This document shows, piece by piece, positions 60,134-64,000 of a DNA stretch of 64,000 bases. The DNA is taken from assembly GCA_035551915.1 (NCBI GenBank), contig DASZMI010000023.1:753-64752 (forward strand), given 5' to 3'. How positions within the stretch are numbered: the first letter of the stretch is position 1; the number at the start of each line of letters is the position of its first letter. The notes under the pieces were generated by a model. The model made no database searches and had not been told where the DNA came from. It worked only from the letters and a program-made list of their open reading frames with translations. This stretch comes from Solirubrobacteraceae bacterium (GTDB lineage Bacteria; Actinomycetota; Thermoleophilia; Solirubrobacterales; Solirubrobacteraceae). The position numbers and the translations under genes are program-made.

Positions 60134-61194
60134 ACGTTCCCGGCGGCACCACCTCGGCCGCGGACCGGCCGGAGCCCGCTTCATCGGCGGCGCAGGCAAC
60201 GTCTGACCTCCTCACCGAGGATTGGCGCCGGACGCTGACGCGCACGCTGAACGTCTCACCGACGTACATGTTCGGCGTGCTGCTGAGCGTCTTCATCGCC
60301 TTCACGATCATCAACCCGAGCGCCTTCACCTCGACCGGGAACCTGCAGAACATCACCGAGACCGCGGCGCCATACCTGGTGATGGCCGTCGCCGTCACTT
60401 ACCTGATGATCGCCGGCGGCCTCGACCTCTCGGTCGGCTCGGTGCTCGTCTTCGCCAATGTGATCGCGGCCAAGGTCATGGGCGCCATCGGCGGCAACGG
60501 GACCTTCCCCGTGCTCGTCGGTCTGCTGGCCGGTCTCGGCGTGGGCGCGGGCTGGGGCCTGTTCAACGGCTTCTGCGTGACGAAGCTGCGAGTGCCGGCG
60601 CTGATCACGACGCTCGGCACGCTCGGTGCCGTGCTTGGTGCAGCCGACCTGCTGACCGCCGGCAATGACATCCGCTCGGTGCCGCTGTCGCTGATCAACT
60701 TCGGCACGGGCACGTTCCTGGGCCTGAACTACATCGTCTGGATCGCGATCGGTGTCACGCTCGTGTTCGGGCTGATGCTGCACCTCACCCAGTTCGGCCG
60801 CCACACCTACATCGTCGGCTCGAACATCGAGGCGGCTCGCCGCGCCGGCGTCAACGTCGATCGGCATCTCTTCAAGCTCTACGCACTGTCCGGCGCAGCG
60901 GCCGGACTCGCCGGGTTCCTCGCGCTGGGGCAGTTCGCGTCGACAACGATTTCCGGCCACAGCACCGACGTGATCATCGTGATCACCGGCGTGGTGCTGG
61001 GCGGAACCAGCCTCTTCGGGGGCTACGGATGGATGATCGGGACGGTGATCGGGATCCTGATCCCGACGACCCTCAACATCGGGTTGGTCATCGCCAACGT
61101 CCAGCCGTTCTGGCAGCAGGTCGCCACCGGATTGATTCTGATCGCGGCCGTCTACCTTGACCAACTCAAGCGCCGTTCACGGGAGCGGACTTGA
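60130..61194 (+). CDS. Sugar ABC transporter permease (RbsC-like)
   Basis: GGLDLSVG, ITTLG, GSNIEAARRAGV, VLGGTSLFGG. Confidence 0.95.
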   Translation: MNVPGGTTSAADRPEPASSAAQATSDLLTEDWRRTLTRTLNVSPTYMFGVLLSVFIAFTIINPSAFTSTGNLQNITETAAPYLVMAVAVTYLMIAGGLDLSVGSVLVFANVIAAKVMGAIGGNGTFPVLVGLLAGLGVGAGWGLFNGFCVTKLRVPALITTLGTLGAVLGAADLLTAGNDIRSVPLSLINFGTGTFLGLNYIVWIAIGVTLVFGLMLHLTQFGRHTYIVGSNIEAARRAGVNVDRHLFKLYALSGAAAGLAGFLALGQFASTTISGHSTDVIIVITGVVLGGTSLFGGYGWMIGTVIGILIPTTLNIGLVIANVQPFWQQVATGLILIAAVYLDQLKRRSRERT

Positions 61195-61196
61195 AC

Positions 61197-62213
61197 ATGA
61201 AGGAGGAGAGCAGGGTGCCTTACCTACGTCGCCCAGGATTGGGTGCAGTCGCTTTGGCGGCCATCGCTGCGGGCGGAATTGCCGCCTCGTCGGCGTCCGC
61301 TTCGACCCACGCGCGTGCCGCCGGCAAGTACAGCGTGGTCTACATCCCGGGCCTGACCGGGAATCCGTTCTACTCAACCGTCGCCTGTGGCGCCGCGGTA
61401 GAGGCCAAGAAGCTCGGTGTGAGCTTCTCGATGCAGGGCGCCCCGACCTTCGCGGTCAACGCCCAGACGCCTGTCGTCAACGCCGTGGCTGCGCGCCATC
61501 CCACGGCGATCATGATCTCCAACGACGATCCGAAGGCGATGATCCCGCCGCTGCTCAAGGCGCAGGAGGCCGGCATCAAGATCATCAACATCGATGGTGA
61601 CCTCGCCGAGAAGAGCATCGGCATCACCAACATCCAGTCCAACGACACCCTCGGTGGCCAGGAGGCCGGTCAGGAGATGGCCAAGCTCACCGGTGGCAGG
61701 TCCGGCACAGTCCTGATCGAGGACAACTCGCCCGGCTACCTGGTCAGCGAGCAGCGCCGCGACGGGCTGATCGGCTACCTCAAGAAGCACGACCCCAAGG
61801 TCAAGATCCTGCCGATCACCTACACGAACAACGAGGTGTCAACGGCCGCCTCCGACGTGCGCGCAGCTGCAACGGCGCACTCGGATTTGATCGGCGTCTA
61901 CACCGTCGAGACCAACAACACGCAGGGCGCCCTGACGGGCCTCCAGGCAGCTCACCTGACCGGCAAGGTCAAGCTGATCGGCTTCGACACATCGTCGCCG
62001 ATCGTCGCCGGAATCAGGTCTGGCCAGGTCAGTGCCGACATCGTGCAGTACCCCTACGGCGAGGGCATGATCGGCCTCCAGGACGCCGTCATGGCGGCCC
62101 AGGGCAAGAAGGTTCCGCGTGAGCAGAGCCAGCCGTTCGTGGTGGCCACCAAGGCCAACATAAACACCCCGAAGGTCCAGCGGTTCATCTACAAGACCAG
62201 CTGCTCGGCGTGA
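61197..62213 (+). CDS. Sugar ABC transporter substrate-binding protein (RbsB-like)
   Basis: Signal peptide, NPFY, ID, RRDG, IGFD, VQYPY; alternative GTG start at 61215. Confidence 0.92.
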   Translation: MKEESRVPYLRRPGLGAVALAAIAAGGIAASSASASTHARAAGKYSVVYIPGLTGNPFYSTVACGAAVEAKKLGVSFSMQGAPTFAVNAQTPVVNAVAARHPTAIMISNDDPKAMIPPLLKAQEAGIKIINIDGDLAEKSIGITNIQSNDTLGGQEAGQEMAKLTGGRSGTVLIEDNSPGYLVSEQRRDGLIGYLKKHDPKVKILPITYTNNEVSTAASDVRAAATAHSDLIGVYTVETNNTQGALTGLQAAHLTGKVKLIGFDTSSPIVAGIRSGQVSADIVQYPYGEGMIGLQDAVMAAQGKKVPREQSQPFVVATKANINTPKVQRFIYKTSCSA

Positions 62214-63391
62214 GTCCCTCACGCTCTGAGCACGGAGCGAACGGAAAGGGGAGCGCGGAAACGCGCTCCCCCGACCACTCCGGGCAGGCCTTGCGCTTCA
62301 CTCCCGCGCCCGATTATTCGATCTCCGTCCGCGCTCGCCGCTCGCGCGATCTGCGCTCCGCCGACCAGGGTGAGCGCGTCCAGCCGATGCGCGGCTTCGA
62401 GGACGGCTACGTCGACATCGTCGACTGGATCATCCGGATCACCGACAGGATCTGGGAAGACCAGGACGTCGGCTACATCTACGACACCTACCGCACGGGC
62501 TGCCGCGTCTTCACCGACTCCGGCCCGATGTACCACGTCGAGCCGGTCGTCGAGGCCACGGTACAGTCGATCAACGCCTTTCCCGACGCTCGCCACATCG
62601 CCGACGATGTGGTCTGGGCCGGCAACGAGGACGAGGGTTTCGCCACCTCCCACCGTGCCATCAACGTCGGTCATCACCTGGGACCGTGGCGCTGGGGCGC
62701 GGCGACCGGTCGCAAGATCCAGATGTGGGTGATCGCCAACTGTGTCTCGGAGGAGAACCAGATCTTCGAGGAGTGGGTGCTCTACAACCAGGTCGCCCGC
62801 CTGCGGCAGTGCGGCATCGACGTCGTCGCCGCGGCGCGTCGCTGGGGTAACGAGGGGTTGAGCATGCCGATCTCGGAGCGCGAGGTCACCGAGGTCGAGC
62901 GCCTGATCGGCGGCCGTATTCCGGTTCCGGCGGCTGAGCCCTCGGCCACCACCGATGACATCGACGGGCTCATGCGGGCGCTGTTCCACAACGTCTACAA
63001 CCGCCGTGACCTGAGCGCGATCGAGCGGCTCTATGCGACCAACGTGCGCTGGCACGGCGGCAGCGATCGCGAGGGCTACGGACGCGCCGACGTACGCGCG
63101 ATGGCACGCAACCTGCTCGCGACCTTCCCGGACCTGGGAGTCAACGTCGACGAGGTCTACTGGATGGGCAATGCGGCCGAGGGCTATGCCATCTCGGTGC
63201 GCTGGACCGGGATCGGAACCCACCGTGGCTACGGTCTCTACGGCGATCCGACAGGGCGCCGGGTGCACATCTGGGGGCTGTCGCAGCTGTACATCCGGGA
63301 GGGACGCATCGTCGAGGAGTGGGCGCTTTTCAACGAGTTCGACGTGCTCGCCCAGCTGCTCGCCGACACACCCGCACCGGTCCTGCCCTGA
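62210..63391 (+). CDS. Tandem SnoaL/NTF2-like (ester cyclase) domain protein
   Basis: Two repeats of AFPD/TFPD...G.H.G....TGR...I.EEW.L. Confidence 0.88.
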   Translation: MSPSRSEHGANGKGSAETRSPDHSGQALRFTPAPDYSISVRARRSRDLRSADQGERVQPMRGFEDGYVDIVDWIIRITDRIWEDQDVGYIYDTYRTGCRVFTDSGPMYHVEPVVEATVQSINAFPDARHIADDVVWAGNEDEGFATSHRAINVGHHLGPWRWGAATGRKIQMWVIANCVSEENQIFEEWVLYNQVARLRQCGIDVVAAARRWGNEGLSMPISEREVTEVERLIGGRIPVPAAEPSATTDDIDGLMRALFHNVYNRRDLSAIERLYATNVRWHGGSDREGYGRADVRAMARNLLATFPDLGVNVDEVYWMGNAAEGYAISVRWTGIGTHRGYGLYGDPTGRRVHIWGLSQLYIREGRIVEEWALFNEFDVLAQLLADTPAPVLP

Positions 63392-63398
63392 GCAGCCA

Positions 63399-64000
63399 GT
63401 GAGCTCGATCGCGCCAGGGTTCGCCGGTCGCCTGCAGAGACGCGAGCGGCTGCGGCTGCTGTTCGTCAAGCTGCCGTGCCCGGCTGAGGTCGAGCTCGCG
63501 GGCCGCACCGGGTTCGGCGCCGTGATCCTCGACACAGAGCATGGGACCGCTGACGGTCTCGAGCATCATCTGCGGGCGGCCGACGCCGCCGGCATCCCGG
63601 CGCTGGTGCGTGTGCCCAACACCGATCCGGTGCCGATCCTGCGGGCGCTCGACGCCGGTGCGGTCGGGGTCGTGGTCGCTCACGTGACCGGGCCGGAGGT
63701 TGCCGCTGCGGCGGTGGCCGCCGCCCATTACCGGCCGCGTGGTGAGCGCGGGCTTGCGCTGACCACGCGGGCCGGGCTCTACGGGACGGCCACGCTGGAC
63801 GCTCACCTCGCCCGCGCGCTCGAGCAGACCGTCGTGATCGTCCAGATCGAGGACGCCGAGGCGGTCGATCGCGCGGAGGCGATCCTCTCCGTGGATGGGG
63901 TCGACGGGGTCCTGATCGGCGCGACCGACCTATCGGTCTCGCTCGGTCATCCGGGAGCCACACAGCATCCTGCGGTGGTGGCGGCCACCGAGGCGATCAC
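63399..64000 (+). CDS. HpcH/HpaI class II aldolase, 3' truncated by the window
   Basis: Not in the ORF track; manual translation gives VILDTEHG, LVRVP, RALDAGAVG, YRPRGERG, VQIED, IGATDLS. Confidence 0.9.
   Translation, partial: MSSIAPGFAGRLQRRERLRLLFVKLPCPAEVELAGRTGFGAVILDTEHGTADGLEHHLRAADAAGIPALVRVPNTDPVPILRALDAGAVGVVVAHVTGPEVAAAAVAAAHYRPRGERGLALTTRAGLYGTATLDAHLARALEQTVVIVQIEDAEAVDRAEAILSVDGVDGVLIGATDLSVSLGHPGATQHPAVVAATEAI

Overview
A very GC-rich bacterial chromosome segment. Gene content suggests Actinomycetota, probably Thermoleophilia (Solirubrobacterales/Conexibacter-like); this is an inference. About 70 CDS are supported. Housekeeping genes include ileS, fumC, ychF, trxA, polX, lgt, otsB, rarA, hisN, mce, birA and an RpoD-family sigma factor. 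A cofactor cluster (sirC-moaC ... moaB-ccmABCD-hemA-hemC-cobA/hemD-DUF62-birA) is split by a ~5.6 kb accessory block. That block carries an aminotransferase/extended-SDR fusion, gene relics, a PfkB kinase, a STAS protein and a DUF2294 protein. The right end holds an uncharacterised catabolic cluster that runs off the window: LysR, HisD/HpsN-like dehydrogenase, LacI, MetE-like Zn enzyme, cupin, sugar ABC transporter, double SnoaL protein and HpcH aldolase. Other notable items are three genes apparently reduced by in-frame internal deletion, a 175-bp nested inverted-repeat element, apparently orphan sigma28 and ECF41 promoters, and many leaderless start sites. No rRNA, tRNA, CRISPR array, integrase or transposase was seen. 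All calls come from motif recognition by eye, with no database searches; several start codons were adjusted from the ORF track.
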